Source: Styela clava (taxonomy: Eukaryota). From it: a stretch of DNA of 64,000 nt. A program made the translations under genes and the position numbers. The stretch covers positions 9,052,001-9,116,000 of the forward strand of contig NC_135250.1 in NCBI RefSeq assembly GCF_964204865.1, written 5' to 3'. Numbering within the stretch: the first letter of the stretch is position 1; the number at the start of each line of letters is the position of its first letter. This document shows, one piece after another, positions 27,602 through 39,289 of this stretch. The notes below the pieces were generated by a model. That model saw only the letters and a list, made by a program, of their open reading frames with translations. It did not search any database and had not been told where the DNA came from.

Positions 27602-27726
27602 ATGGACCTTTCCCCGAGCATCGACTTCCTTGTTTACTTCGTGACATTGGCCAATCAGCAAGATGCAAAAAAGGACGTAACAATGAGAGGAATTTTTCCC
27701 GGGTCAAAGGTTGGGGAAAGGTCCAT
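27602..27726. mobile_element. Mini copy of the ATGGACCTTTCCCC-TIR MITE family
   Basis: ATGGACCTTTCCCCGAGC...GGTTGGGGAAAGGTCCAT; deletion derivative of the element at 51883-52384. Confidence 0.8.
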
Positions 27727-28712
27727 GGTCTTTTTGCTTCGCAATATTTCGATCAGACCAAATCTTGCAAGCTGGTATTTGTCGACAATTGTGGAGTTAT
27801 AATATTTTGGCATCTTTATATTACTGGATTATTGATTTTAAAACCATTCAAACCGATTTACATTGGTGAGCAATTGCAAATTTTCGGCGTGCAAAATTGA
27901 TTTCGCTCGCGTGCATTTTTGCGGAGCGCTAGCGCCCTCGGGCGTGCACCTGCCATGGAATCCAGTCTGGCCAGTTACAAGTTACAGTATCTGTCACTAC
28001 TGTGGGGGAAAATATCCATTAATAAATATATAAATCCACATGTATTTATGGTACTGGTATGGTGAGATTTTTCATCTCACCTGCCATATCCAATCCTTTT
28101 TTACGAGTTGAGACTTTACACACATCACTACATTAACCATTCCCAGACTTCCCTCCACCAAAGGCTATTCCTTCGTCAACGTTTCATCATTAGAATGACT
28201 TGAAACCTATGATACGTATCGCCCAAAAAAAAACGGCCACCTCCAAAGCGTATATATAATACGCCACCTCTTCTTTATTTATTTTTTTTTTAATGGGATA
28301 ATATAATAAAATATAACCAAAAGTATATAACCATTTGAGCAATCATAGGATAAATAATCCAATATTCATTTTTCATATGTCCATTCCATCAGTGTTTAAT
28401 GACGAGGTGTTGATCGCATCGGCATACAATTCATCAATTTTTAGTATATTGAATTATATTATGTACAATAAAAGTAAAAACTAAATATATTAGACATGTT
28501 CATTGTTATACATACTTAATTTATACACACTTGATTTATAGTTCAAATACAATTCCTCAGTATTTCAAATTCTTCACCTCTTCTTTATATTTATTCCATA
28601 ATACCATTAAATTGCCGACTCGTTTCCTTTTTTCCTCGTATTTATTTTTTATATATTGATATTTGATCTCATTTGTATCCACCTATGATGAACTTATATA
28701 TAGCACATACAC

Positions 28713-28872
28713 AAGGGTCGGGAGCCTAGATGACTTTAATCGGTCTTGCACACCGACCCGCACAAAGCAATAATCAATTACTGTGGAATATTTTCGTTAT
28801 TGTATTATGTTTATAATTATTAGTGTTGATTTTGTTTTTGTGGCAATAAATCTCTCTCTCTCTCTCTCTCTC
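28713..28872 (+). mobile_element. LINE-like 3' end remnant
   Basis: Stem-loop GGGTCGG...CCGACCC, T-rich tract, AATAAA, (CT)n tail; similar layout on the minus strand at about 45621-45760. Confidence 0.45.
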
Positions 28873-28999
28873 TATACATTAGGCACAGCAGCAGCTCGCA
28901 AACTTCTTGTTCGTGCGGCGCCAAATTATCAGCGAAAAAACTTACTACGCACTCACACGAAAATAAAAAGCTGCTTTCAAATAAAACTCAAATTTGGAG

Positions 29000-29765
29000 T
29001 GGGAGTGGTGACTCTTCTACGGCCCATGGGCCGGGGCCACGGTCCATCGAAATGGGCCTCGGCCCATCAGGCTATTGGCCGCGGCCCATCAAGTTGTGTA
29101 ATGGGATGAAATAATAAAGACTAATAAATATGTAAATCCTACCTAAATCCTACCCACTTCCCGAACTTATAATAGAATTATAATGTGAAAAGTTTGAACA
29201 AAATTTTGTCCTAAGTTCCTAACCCTAACCTGGTACACATACTTCAGGTGTATCCTTTTCTGTAGCTTAGTATTTTGCTTTATTTTTGGACACGTAGTGG
29301 ACATAGCGATCGTTTCAATATTGTGTTGTTGTTGTTCTCATTGTTGTTCTTAGTGTCCTTGTTCTTTGACACGTTTTGAAAAAATCGCTTTTCTCTTCGA
29401 ATACTGGACCAATTGCTTTGAAATTTTTAGTGGTTGAAGATAAAATTTTTCTCCAGAAGGCCGACTTCTTTTTTTTTCGTTATGACCTCATCAAAATTAT
29501 TCCCACTGGGTGGCGCTATGTGTCCATATAGAGCATAGCTCTCTTGTTATGTAAAGGCTTATCGTAAGAAAAAGGTTTGGTGGCATCCCGCGATTTTTTT
29601 TTTGGTTCGAATATTGACAATTTTGTAAGAATTGAAAATTTTGGTAAGACAATTGAATTTTTTCTGATGAGCCGCGGCCCATAGCTTGATGGGCCACGGC
29701 CCATGTGGCCCAATTAGATAGGCCGTGGCCCCGGCCCATGGACCTCAGAGGAGTCACCACCCCTG
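29000..29765. mobile_element. TIR element with about 95 bp GC-rich inverted arms (GGCCCATGGGCC motifs) and nested insertions
   Basis: GTGGTGACTCTTCTACGGCCCATGGGCCGGGGCCACGG... near 29005 is inverted relative to ...CCGTGGCCCCGGCCCATGGACCTCAGAGGAGTCACCACCCCTG ending 29765. Confidence 0.75.
29283..29548 (+). mobile_element. Non-autonomous Helentron/DINE-like element, copy 2
   Basis: Homologous to 1406-1642: GGACACGTAG...(GTT)n...CTATGTGTCC...GAGCATAGCTCTCTTGTT. Confidence 0.6.
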
Positions 29766-30124
29766 TAGCAAATTTGTGATCGTCAATGTGTAAAGTACTT
29801 TTGTGTAAAGTTTGTAAATATGTGGGCCTAACAAAGAATAAGGGCAAAAGGTCAACTCTCTTTCTCATGTCTGCCCGATTTTCATTTGAAATACTAAAAA
29901 TATCACTCATGTCAAAAAAAATTCGAATACAAAATATAAAATATCTATAATAAATACAATATGTAATATCGTCAGTCCTATATTGTTTTTTCTTCAGGTG
30001 AAATTTGCAAATCGGCGCCCACTGAAGTTCAGTATCAAAAACACTCTATTGCAGTTTTAAGTAGAATAATCACCACTAAAATAATTTTAGAACAAAAAAA
30101 AAACCTCAGTTTTAACCCTTAACC

Positions 30125-31260
30125 CAGCGGTTTTCAAAGAGTGCGCCGCGACGATTTGCTAAGTGCGCCCGAAAATTAACAAAATTGTGTTAAACCGTAA
30201 ATATAAACCGTAAATATATAAACCGGTTGAAGCGTAAATTAATACTACTACGGTTAAACATACCAAAGCAATTTTTATTTCTGTTACATTTTTTTCTTAT
30301 TGATGACTGTTCGTATTTTGGTTGACAAAATAATGAATATCTCTCTCTCTCTTCTATACGGAATCAGGTTCTGTGGATTTGACCCCCGAAAAGTGATTTC
30401 GGGGCTATTTCAAGAGTGCTTTTGCGAGTTGGCGCCTGCAAAATGGGGTATGTGTTTCAAACCATCATTATGATTCATCGCATACAACAATCTGTTTTTT
30501 AAAAGTAGCGATTAAGAATTTTAACCTAGTTTATCACAGCTATTTATACACTAATTTTTTATTACTGCAATTAATTTAAAACTTCTAGGAAGATAGGGTA
30601 ATCATTGAATTATCTGATTTATATTTTAAGTTTTCGAAACACACTGAAAACTAATGAATAGCGTTCAAAAACGCGAAAACGAGGTAATGTTTACGACCAC
30701 GCTTGAAAATCTGTCTGAGTGAGAAAAGTGTCTGAGCGGATGCGAAAAGGGAGAATTGTTACGTCACTTTTTGCATCTTGCTGATTTGCCAATGTCACGA
30801 AGTAAACAAGGAGGTCGATGCTCGGGGAAAGATATAAAGTGCACATTAACGATCACAACTATTAGTTTTATTTAAACGCAGCAATTTTTTTTCATGTACC
30901 GTGTTTCCCCAAAAATAAGACTAGGTCTTTTTCAACTTTCTTCCAAAAATAACACTCAGGCTTATTTTCGAGGAGTGTCTTTTATTTTCATTTATCAAAA
31001 ACAAAATTACAAAATAAAGAATTACGAGATTTTCAAATATACATAATATGGAAACCGATATCCATTCACTTATAAATAAAAATCAAAATAATAATCAAAA
31101 AATTATTTAAAAATATTAATTCGCGTTATTGACTTTCCAGGGTAGGTAAGACTTTCTTATTTTCAGGGTAGGTCTTATTTTCGGAGAAACACGGTAGGTG
31201 CGCCGAGAATTTTTTTCTGATAATTTGGCGCCGCACGAACAAAAAGTTTGCGAACCGCTG
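30125..31260. mobile_element. hAT (Buster-type) element with two nested MITEs
   Basis: TIRs CAGCGGTTTTCAAA / TTTGCGAACCGCTG; TSD ccttaacc/ctttagtc. Contains an ATGGACCT-family copy (about 30376-30830) and a TA-TSD MITE. A degraded inverted sister end lies at about 28889-28955. Confidence 0.78.
30899..31194. mobile_element. Tc1/mariner (pogo/Tigger-like) MITE
   Basis: TIRs CCGTGTTTCCCCAAAAATAAGAC / GTCTTATTTTCGGAGAAACACGG with TA on both flanks. Confidence 0.85.
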
Positions 31261-31302
31261 CTTTAGTCCTTTCGCCGCCATTGCATGGCGAATTAGCCCA
31301 CT

Positions 31303-31638
31303 TAGGATAGGATTTACATATTTATCCCGGGGGAGAGGAAAGCCGATAAGACGGCTTATCCATATGGCGAACCACGGCCTCTCGTCCGGTTACCATTCCA
31401 AGTCGGGTATGGGATTAGTTTTACTGTATTGTTTGTTTTCGGAAGCATGGACTTGGTGGTGGAGGAAGCCGTAACCGACCAGCGGTTACGTGAACCACCC
31501 AACGACGGCGAGGAGTCCAGCAATCCTCTCGCACATAACCATCCCTGCATGGGATTCGAACCTGCGAACCCACGCAGAGTAATTAGAGGTGCGGTGGCGA
31601 GCGTATTCCTAACGCTTAGCCCGTTGAGCCACACCGCC
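31303..31638 (-). mobile_element. tRNA-derived SINE, young copy
   Basis: Nearly identical to 52962-53309; intact A and B boxes and (ATCCT)n tail. Confidence 0.93.
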
Positions 31639-31941
31639 GCGCCACCGCCGGCGCACTTCAACCACCTCATCTTGCGTCAAAAGAAATTTCATCCACTTTT
31701 ACTTTTTAGTGACTTCAATCGGTCGGAAGAAATTTCACTTCTTTCTTTTAGGCCACAGTCTTTTGGGGACCTAGTCTTAAACCACTCCATCTTTGTCGGG
31801 AGAAATGTTATCAACTTCTTCAGTCCTTCAGTGTTTTGTAACTTTTCATCTTTGGGAACACTCTTTCCTCAGACCTTTTAGGTACAGTACAGTAATGGCG
31901 CACCAATCGCGGATGTCGAACACCAGAACAATCAACGATGA

Positions 31942-32600
31942 GGATAAGATTTACATATTTATCTCGGGACAGAGGAAAGCCGATTTGACGGCTCAACCAT
32001 ATGGCGATCCACGTCCTCTCGTCCGGTTACCATTCCATGTCAGGTATGGGACAAGTCAGGTATTTGTTTTTCCGAAGCATGGACTCGATGGTGGAGAAAG
32101 CCGTACCGGTAACCGACCGACGCTTAGCACGACAAGTGCAGTTTCAAGTATTTTGTGGCGTCTACAGCTGCCGCAAAACCATGGCGGGATTTCCAAACCA
32201 CGGCCACTAAGACCAAACCCACGGCGACTGACTTTTTAGCTGCCACAAACCAATAGCGAGCTGCCGTGGTTACGGCAGCAAATCGAATACCACCAATTTT
32301 ACTGCCGTAACCACGGCAGGTCGGCTGTAATAGCAGGGCTGCCCCTAATCTGCTGATGGAGATAAATATTTAGTGAGTTGGAATGTTTTTCTTATGGATA
32401 CAGTTTGGATGGATTTGGGGTTAGGGTTAGGGTTTAAGTAGATATAATTTCGCATGATAAACTTAAATATGGTACATGAATTTGTAAATGTACCGGTAAT
32501 AGCGCCATAAAACCATGGCAGGAGACGGCGTGGTACGTTCGTGGCAGGAGCTGCCATGAAGTGGTAAGAACTGCGCCTCTAGCACGATGAGCCACACATC
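31942..32600 (-). mobile_element. Old, internally deleted SINE copy interrupted by a TIR element
   Basis: Tail and body at 31942-32132; the head resumes at 32580 (TAGCACGATGAGCCACAC). Confidence 0.7.
32133..32579. mobile_element. TTAGGG-containing MITE with 8 bp TSD
   Basis: TAGCACGA duplicated at 32125-32132 and 32580-32587; imperfect TIR (GCAGTT/AACTGC); TTAGGGTTAGGG at 32421; homolog at about 14360-14794. Confidence 0.7.
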
Positions 32601-33103
32601 GCTCACATCTCACTGTATCGCACCTGATCGCGTAAGCTGAGTTTTGAGTACTGTATTCGTGCCGTATGTATACTAGTAAGTAGTATGCCGGTATGCGTAC
32701 AATTTTCGAATGTAAATTGATAGGAATCCTATATTTTTTTAAATCAAGGCAAGGAAATGAATTATTGTTATATGAGCACATGGCTGATCTGATACACGGT
32801 TAATCATAATGTAATTTCGCATGCAACGACAAAATAACAGGTATGATTAATATACTGCAATACTGTGACAGTGTGAGGGCTTTTGAAAATTATGAAAAAA
32901 AAAGTGTCAAGTAGGCTATTCTGAAAAGATCTTCATTGAATAAATTCACAGGATACGGTATATTGGCAAAAAACTTGGCGTTTTACTGTAAAAACAGGCA
33001 ATTTTGCTTAAAATCATTCATAGTCTAGTAGTCTATGTATTTCTGTATTTGAAAAAAAATGATTTGGATATGATACCGGTATAATTTTAACATTGTTGTA
33101 TAG

Positions 33104-33425
33104 CAGGGGTGAGCAAAGTTTTTTGCCCTGGGTAATAAAATCTGCACCTAGCTGCCTAGACCGGCAGCCATGTCTGCATGTACTGATGTAAGTGTGACGT
33201 ACCGGTAAAAGTTACATTTTATGAACAATATTTACAGTGTTACAAAAGCGAAAGTGGAAAACAATAAGCCTCGTGTCATACTAAATTCAATTGCAATTTC
33301 AACAAATTCTTTGAGCTGACACATGAAAATTTGGTTTTAGTTTGGCTGTGGCAGCACCAGGCGGGCAAGATTGAGTTATCCAACATGCCAGATTTGGCCT
33401 GCTGGCCGTAGTTAGCCTATGTCAG
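33104..33425. mobile_element. hAT (Buster-type) MITE upstream of DCAF1
   Basis: Starts CAGGGGTGAGCAAAG, degenerate right TIR, perfect TSD TTGTATAG. Confidence 0.72.
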
Positions 33426-33691
33426 TTGTATAGCCTGCTTATATTTATAAATTACATCTGGCCAATCTGTCAGTCAATCACTTCTACCTTTTTGTGGTAT
33501 TCCTGTTACATCCTGCCTTTTCTTATTAAGTAGCAATACTTATACTGCAGGAAAAGAGCGTAAATGACCAATGCAACTGTATGAACTTAGAATCAGTATT
33601 ATCATTGAATATTATGTGACCATAACTCATTTATAAATACATACATGCAGTCACATATATTTGATTTTCAGCATTATACTGATTATAAGTA

Positions 33692-36600
33692 ATGGAAAAT
33701 ACTACTACTAGTGCTAGAGATGCTGAAAAGCAGTTTTCTGAATTAGTTGAAGCATGGAAGTCAAATCACGAATCAAGCGATTATGATCCAGTGCCATTTT
33801 TGACTGACTGCGCAAAACTTTTCGAAGAAGAGACAATAGAATTTCATAAGGGTGATCCTGACCCTTTTGATGAGCGTCATCCTGAATATGCACAACCTGG
33901 ATGTGTTTTTGGAAAGTTACTTGTTTCTCTCTCAAAGTCGCATGATTTCATGGATAAACTTACATCATCTTACTTTCGTGTGACAACAAATCCAAAGAAT
34001 CCATCTCAAATTACGTTAGCCTCTGCACGATTTCTCTTAGCCGCTTTACCTGGATTAGAGCCTCATACGTTATTCAAAGAAAAAGAATGGTTAATCAAAC
34101 TCCTTTCTGAATGGGTAACAGACGCTGATGAGCCACTAAGGACATATGCAACAGGTTTGCTTGTTGGTGCCATAGAACCCCAGAAAACTTCTAATGATGA
34201 ATATATAAGAATGATATCAATTTTGCTCAAAAGATTATGGAACCATGTTAGACCTGGTAAATTTCCAGAGTCAGAATGTGATGGATCTACTTTTAAAGTT
34301 GATTCTTCTATCGGAGTTAAGACTTCTTCACAATCTCGCTCACAAAAACGCAAGTTATCAAACAGCTCAGATGCCCCAAAACTAAAAAGAATATTCAGTG
34401 AAAAACCGCATACGAGCACACATTCCCCAGCACCGAATGGCGAAATGCATTTTACGAGCGATTACTACGACAATGACCTGAGTAACAGTAGCTGGTCTGA
34501 GCAAATGCCTGCGATGATAGGATGCAGTTACAGCCTTGAACCTCCTCTACATTCAGAAGTCTGCCAAAGATTTATTCTTGATTTTCTAAAATGTTTGGGA
34601 GAGTATCAGGATTTGTTATCAATTTTCCTTGAACTCAAAGCACTAGAATTAATTAATATTTACATAAAAGAAAAGAAATTTGATGGACTACTAATATTCA
34701 AAGCATTAGAGTTTTTGGCATCTCTTCTGTGTCACAATAAAGTAGCCACGGAATTCATTGAATTAAATGGAATACAGAATCTTTTATCCGTTCAAAGACC
34801 ATCAATGGGTTCAACAGGTGTTTCCCTATGTATTTATTACTTAGCATACAAAAAAGATGCAATGGAAAGAGCTTGTCAGCTGCCTGCTCGTATTTTGAGT
34901 GATTTAGTGAAATATGCTCTTTGGTTGCTGGAATGCTCTCACGAAACTGGTCGATCTCATGCGGCATTGTTCTTCTCATTTTCTTTCTCATTCCGAGTGA
35001 TTTTACAGCTTTTTGATAAGATGAGTGGATTACGTTGCCTTATGAATATGATAAGTATGTCAAAAATTATTATTAATGTACTAGATGATAACTATGATCC
35101 TGATGAAGACGCCAATAGACTTTTCATGCGCCAAACAACAAGAACAGTTTGTGCAGCACTTAAAAAATACTTTGAAGCTCATTTGCAGATTAAAGTTTGC
35201 TCGGCTCAAAAATCGATTCCAAAATCCAAAGAAAGACACACCATTGTGGAATCTGTATCAAAATATAAACCAATGGTTTCCAGTCGCGAACAATTCTTTG
35301 AAAATCTTGAAGTTCTCGGTGAAATCTCAGTTACTGATGCCAGCTTTCGATCTATGAGTAACTGGCTACCTGTTCTCAATTTTTATCGATTAGATGGAAT
35401 TGCATTGATGGTGAAAGTGATTGATATTGCATGTGATTGGGTGACTTACACAGGCCAAATAGAAGTTATACGTTCAGCTTTGGATGTACTTGCCGTGGTA
35501 ACTCTCTTGCCATCACCGCAATTGACTTTGTGTAAACATCACACTCTCAATAAAAAATTTACCGGTATTAGTATAATGTTGGATATAGCAAAAGGGGGAA
35601 CTCTGTTCGCAGTTGAAGGTGAAACACAAAAGTCAGCTCTTGCTGTAATTGTGAATTGTGTGAGGGATTATGCAACTGATCATCGTAAATCAACACCTGG
35701 GCCACAAGATACACCACGTTCCAAATCTTCACAATCTAAAACAGAAAAGAGGGAAATGGTGTGGAAATATGTTCAATATAATAATGGTATTTCTGTTCTT
35801 CTCTCATTACTAGTCATAAATCAACCTGCTTTGCATGCAGATGAAGTGAGATATTTTGCATGCAAAGCGCTATTGGGATTATCAAATTATAAACCAATTG
35901 CTCAAATTATGTCAAAATTGCCATTTTTTATTGGTGGACAAGTACAATCTGTTGCTAGAGAACCAGTTCTTCACTACAAAAAACGATTGCATACAAAATT
36001 TTGCAAATGTATGGGAGCCCTTTTAGAAAAAGTTTCTGGTAGGCCAATGAATTTGGAGTTGGATTTAGATGCAATTCGTATATCACACATTGTTTCTGAA
36101 ACGCACATGCAATATGAAAATAAAGAAGTTCTTCAAATGATTCATAATCATCTAGTTTGGTCAAAGCTGCATAATGCAGCAGAAATTCTTGCTAGAGATG
36201 CTTGTTTATTCGCAGACAATCAAAAAAGCATCCTTTCGACGCCAAAATCCAGACCAAGAGCAGCTTCCTCAGGAATATCTGAGCACCGAAATAATGGCAG
36301 TGGTGATGCCAGTTCTAGTGTGAACAGGCGAATTAGTTTCACAAGAGGTTCTCATGCATTAGGAGACACACCAACTTCATCTCATATTATCAACATTCCA
36401 AACCAAAGCACCAGTAGGAGACATTTGAAAGGTAAAAGTGATCCTTTGTCTGCTTACAATGGCTCTAATGGCCAACAAAGGTTTAAGTTATCACAGAATG
36501 GGATTGTTTCGGTAAAGCCAAAGCCTTTGATCTGCCGAAGTAAGGAACCACCAAGTCCACCAACGTTGAATTCCATTATTGAAGAAAATTTTAAACATCA

Positions 36601-38002
36601 ACATGCTCAATGTCGAAATCCTGTTGCCACAGTTCCAGAATTTTCACTGTTCAGTCAACATCGTTGTCCAGATCCACGTTATAGGGTCGAAGCATCAACA
36701 AACGTCATGAAAAGATTGGTTTCTCGTGAGGGAATTTGCCCTCGCTGGGGAGGAATTGGGGGTGAAGTGTGTGACAGACAACTTGTTTACAGTCGCTATA
36801 AACCGGGATATGTTTTTAAAGGATCAGAAGACAGAAAAGTACCATTTTGTAGCGTTGCTTTCATGCCAGGTGATGAACAAATAGTTCTTGGGGATTATCA
36901 AGGAGATGTTGTTATTCATAATCTTTATTCAGCTGAAGATCAAGTAATACAAGGTGTTGCAGGAATGCCAATTTCAGCTCTGCAGCCCTCTCGTAACGGA
37001 GATTCAATACTAGTTACTGCAGAATCAATTTGGGCCAATAACTGTAGTCTTCATTCATTAGGCACACAACTTGAGCATAAGTTTACATTTGAAGACATAG
37101 ACCATGCTGAATTTTCAAAACTTCACCAAGATAAGATCATTGGGACAAAAGAACACAAGGCCACTGTTTATGACGTAAATACTGGAAGTGCTTTAGACAC
37201 TTTTGAGCGAGAAGATATGTGTTGTTATTACAAGGAAAATCGTGCGACTTTTTCTCCAGATGATAAACTTATTCTTTCAGATGGACTTTTATGGGATGTT
37301 CGTAAACCTCACACGTTGCCAATTCACAAATTCGATCAATTTAATACAACAATTAGTGGCGTATTCCATCCAAATGGTCTACAAGTTGTTATTAATAGCG
37401 AAGTCTGGGACTTGAGAAACTATCATCTTCTTCATACAATACCTGCCCTTGATCAATGTAACCTTACATTTAACAGCGGAGGAACCATAATTTACGCAGT
37501 CAGAACCAAAGACACTTATACCAGTGAAGAACAGAATATAAATAAGTCATTGATGTCAGCTTTTCGTACTTTCGATGCACTCGAATACAAGCAACTGGCA
37601 TTCAATGCTGTTAGACATCAGATCTATGATCTTGCCGTCGATAGCAAGGATTGCAGTGTTGCTATCGTGGAAACGTTAGCTCAAGATGAGGAATGGCGTG
37701 AACCGGCCATGAGCGTGTGTCGATTCTATGAAGTTGGTATGACAAGAGGAGATGAGGATGATGAAGACGTTGAGAGTCATTTTGACGATGAGGACAATGA
37801 GAGTGACGGAGATGGCAGCAGCATTTCTGGTAGTTCTAATGGTGACGATGGGTCCTCGCAAGGTGAGGATCATGATCTAGACCGGCTTAGCGATATGCTT
37901 CGTGATGACAATGATAATTCTAGTGGAGATGACATCAGTTTCGATATCATTGATTCATCAAGTGATTGGCAAACAACAGATGATGAAGAATGGGCTGCTT
38001 GA
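33692..38002 (+). CDS. DCAF1: DDB1- and CUL4-associated factor 1 (VprBP), 1436 aa, single coding exon
   Basis: Uninterrupted ORF: N-terminal DPDPFDERHP, Armadillo-like region, LisH (KEVLQMIHNHL...AAEILARDA), WD40 with WDxR motifs (LWDVR, VWDLR), acidic D/E tail. Confidence 0.97.
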   Translation: MENTTTSARDAEKQFSELVEAWKSNHESSDYDPVPFLTDCAKLFEEETIEFHKGDPDPFDERHPEYAQPGCVFGKLLVSLSKSHDFMDKLTSSYFRVTTNPKNPSQITLASARFLLAALPGLEPHTLFKEKEWLIKLLSEWVTDADEPLRTYATGLLVGAIEPQKTSNDEYIRMISILLKRLWNHVRPGKFPESECDGSTFKVDSSIGVKTSSQSRSQKRKLSNSSDAPKLKRIFSEKPHTSTHSPAPNGEMHFTSDYYDNDLSNSSWSEQMPAMIGCSYSLEPPLHSEVCQRFILDFLKCLGEYQDLLSIFLELKALELINIYIKEKKFDGLLIFKALEFLASLLCHNKVATEFIELNGIQNLLSVQRPSMGSTGVSLCIYYLAYKKDAMERACQLPARILSDLVKYALWLLECSHETGRSHAALFFSFSFSFRVILQLFDKMSGLRCLMNMISMSKIIINVLDDNYDPDEDANRLFMRQTTRTVCAALKKYFEAHLQIKVCSAQKSIPKSKERHTIVESVSKYKPMVSSREQFFENLEVLGEISVTDASFRSMSNWLPVLNFYRLDGIALMVKVIDIACDWVTYTGQIEVIRSALDVLAVVTLLPSPQLTLCKHHTLNKKFTGISIMLDIAKGGTLFAVEGETQKSALAVIVNCVRDYATDHRKSTPGPQDTPRSKSSQSKTEKREMVWKYVQYNNGISVLLSLLVINQPALHADEVRYFACKALLGLSNYKPIAQIMSKLPFFIGGQVQSVAREPVLHYKKRLHTKFCKCMGALLEKVSGRPMNLELDLDAIRISHIVSETHMQYENKEVLQMIHNHLVWSKLHNAAEILARDACLFADNQKSILSTPKSRPRAASSGISEHRNNGSGDASSSVNRRISFTRGSHALGDTPTSSHIINIPNQSTSRRHLKGKSDPLSAYNGSNGQQRFKLSQNGIVSVKPKPLICRSKEPPSPPTLNSIIEENFKHQHAQCRNPVATVPEFSLFSQHRCPDPRYRVEASTNVMKRLVSREGICPRWGGIGGEVCDRQLVYSRYKPGYVFKGSEDRKVPFCSVAFMPGDEQIVLGDYQGDVVIHNLYSAEDQVIQGVAGMPISALQPSRNGDSILVTAESIWANNCSLHSLGTQLEHKFTFEDIDHAEFSKLHQDKIIGTKEHKATVYDVNTGSALDTFEREDMCCYYKENRATFSPDDKLILSDGLLWDVRKPHTLPIHKFDQFNTTISGVFHPNGLQVVINSEVWDLRNYHLLHTIPALDQCNLTFNSGGTIIYAVRTKDTYTSEEQNINKSLMSAFRTFDALEYKQLAFNAVRHQIYDLAVDSKDCSVAIVETLAQDEEWREPAMSVCRFYEVGMTRGDEDDEDVESHFDDEDNESDGDGSSISGSSNGDDGSSQGEDHDLDRLSDMLRDDNDNSSGDDISFDIIDSSSDWQTTDDEEWAA

Positions 38003-39128
38003 AACCAGAGCTGGTTTTAAATCACAATCAGTGTATTCCAACTTTGCTTCATCTTTCCTCACGAGGGCTCCTTGAAGTTTCATGGTATGGCCAGTGATAT
38101 GGAACATCAGCCCAAATGCATTTTTGCAAAATCGTGACTCGAAGCTATGATATGGGAGTTTCAAATTATATTGTAAACTTTTGATCATACATATTCAACT
38201 TGAAACTTCTTGAAAGTTAGATTTTGAAAATATGTATACACTTGAAGGGGTTGATTGCAGTGTTAAAAAATTATAAGTGTGAGAAAATAAATGGTTAGGA
38301 GCTGAAGACACTTAGAGTATGTTGTAGCTTTCCCATCCCTGCTTGAAACAATGCATTAAATACTGAGTGCGACAATGTTGGTTCCCCTTTATTAATTATC
38401 CCTGTTGTCAGTCTTGAGTCACACATTCCTGCAATCACTGTATTTCTTATGCCAATTATCAAGAAGTTCCAAATTTTTAAGTCTGACTCAGTAGTGGGCC
38501 TGATTCTTTTCTTTGTCAGTATAATTTTAATGAATGGTGAAGGGTTTTTGAATTTAATTTCTTTCTATGTATTTGTCACTGCTGTTTTACCATCTGAATA
38601 TAAAGTGCTTTATGATCAATCATGAATAGTGTGTCTGCTAAAATTCCTCTAAACTGAAATTAAATCTTCTTGTTTTTTTCTTTCTTTTCAATGTAGATTA
38701 TCATAGTTCCTTCCTCTGATACATGCAAATGCCAAATTTGAGTCAATATTAAATTTCTTTGGGAAAAATGTGTTGCTTTATCAAACTTGGTTACAGGTTT
38801 TGAGGTGGTGTCACAAACTTGTAAATATTAGTGTTGTAATTCATCCGTCTTCGAAGTTATTTAAAATAAAGTATGGCAAGTCATCACACCATTATTGACT
38901 GACAATTTTCAAATATTGTTTCAGGAGCAATAATATTTAATTTATGTTTAATACGGTTCTTACGACTAGCAGAGAATCTTTCGTTAACTGGTTGACATGA
39001 CCCAGAAAAAGGCCATCTGGTGGCAAGTTTTAGTTAAGATTCCCTTTGAAACAAATTTTGCCCTGATCTGTCATAGTGCGTCAGCCAACGCTTTGCTGTA
39101 GATTCGTACATCTTAGCCAGAGTCATAT

Positions 39129-39289
39129 CGTGGCGAGCACCAAATTCTCTAATTACAAAGCTGCTGTACAACTGAACACTTCTAAATAAGCCCCATAAAA
39201 TATAAATCGTTAATCGTGGCGAGCATCCAATTACAAAACTGCTGTACAACCGAACACTTCTAAATAAGCCCCATAAAATATAAATCGTT
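39129..39289. repeat. Tandem duplication, 2 x about 80 bp, between the DCAF1 and HDDC2 3' ends
   Basis: TCGTGGCGAGCA...GAACACTTCTAAATAAGCCCCATAAAATATAAATCGTTA occurs twice. Confidence 0.85.

Larger units (their letters stand above)
23173..27970. mobile_element. 4.8 kb decayed DNA transposon with 8 bp TSD and P/THAP9-like transposase remnants
   Basis: Perfect TSD CCAGTTAC (23165-23172, 27971-27978); TIRs CCAGTCTGGATTTCATGGC / GCCATGGAATCCAGTCTGG; GCGTGCA repeats at both ends; remnant exon at about 24243-24352 reads NLQPYRSPDHAHLVWLEQVFLKDLCEWK. Boundaries are firm; the superfamily call is tentative. Confidence 0.75.

Noticed and set aside
33714-38188. Antisense and alternate-frame ORFs over DCAF1 (and likewise over COX11, FBXL6 and the kelch last exon)
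   Set aside because: Short shadow ORFs of real coding sequence with no recognisable domains.
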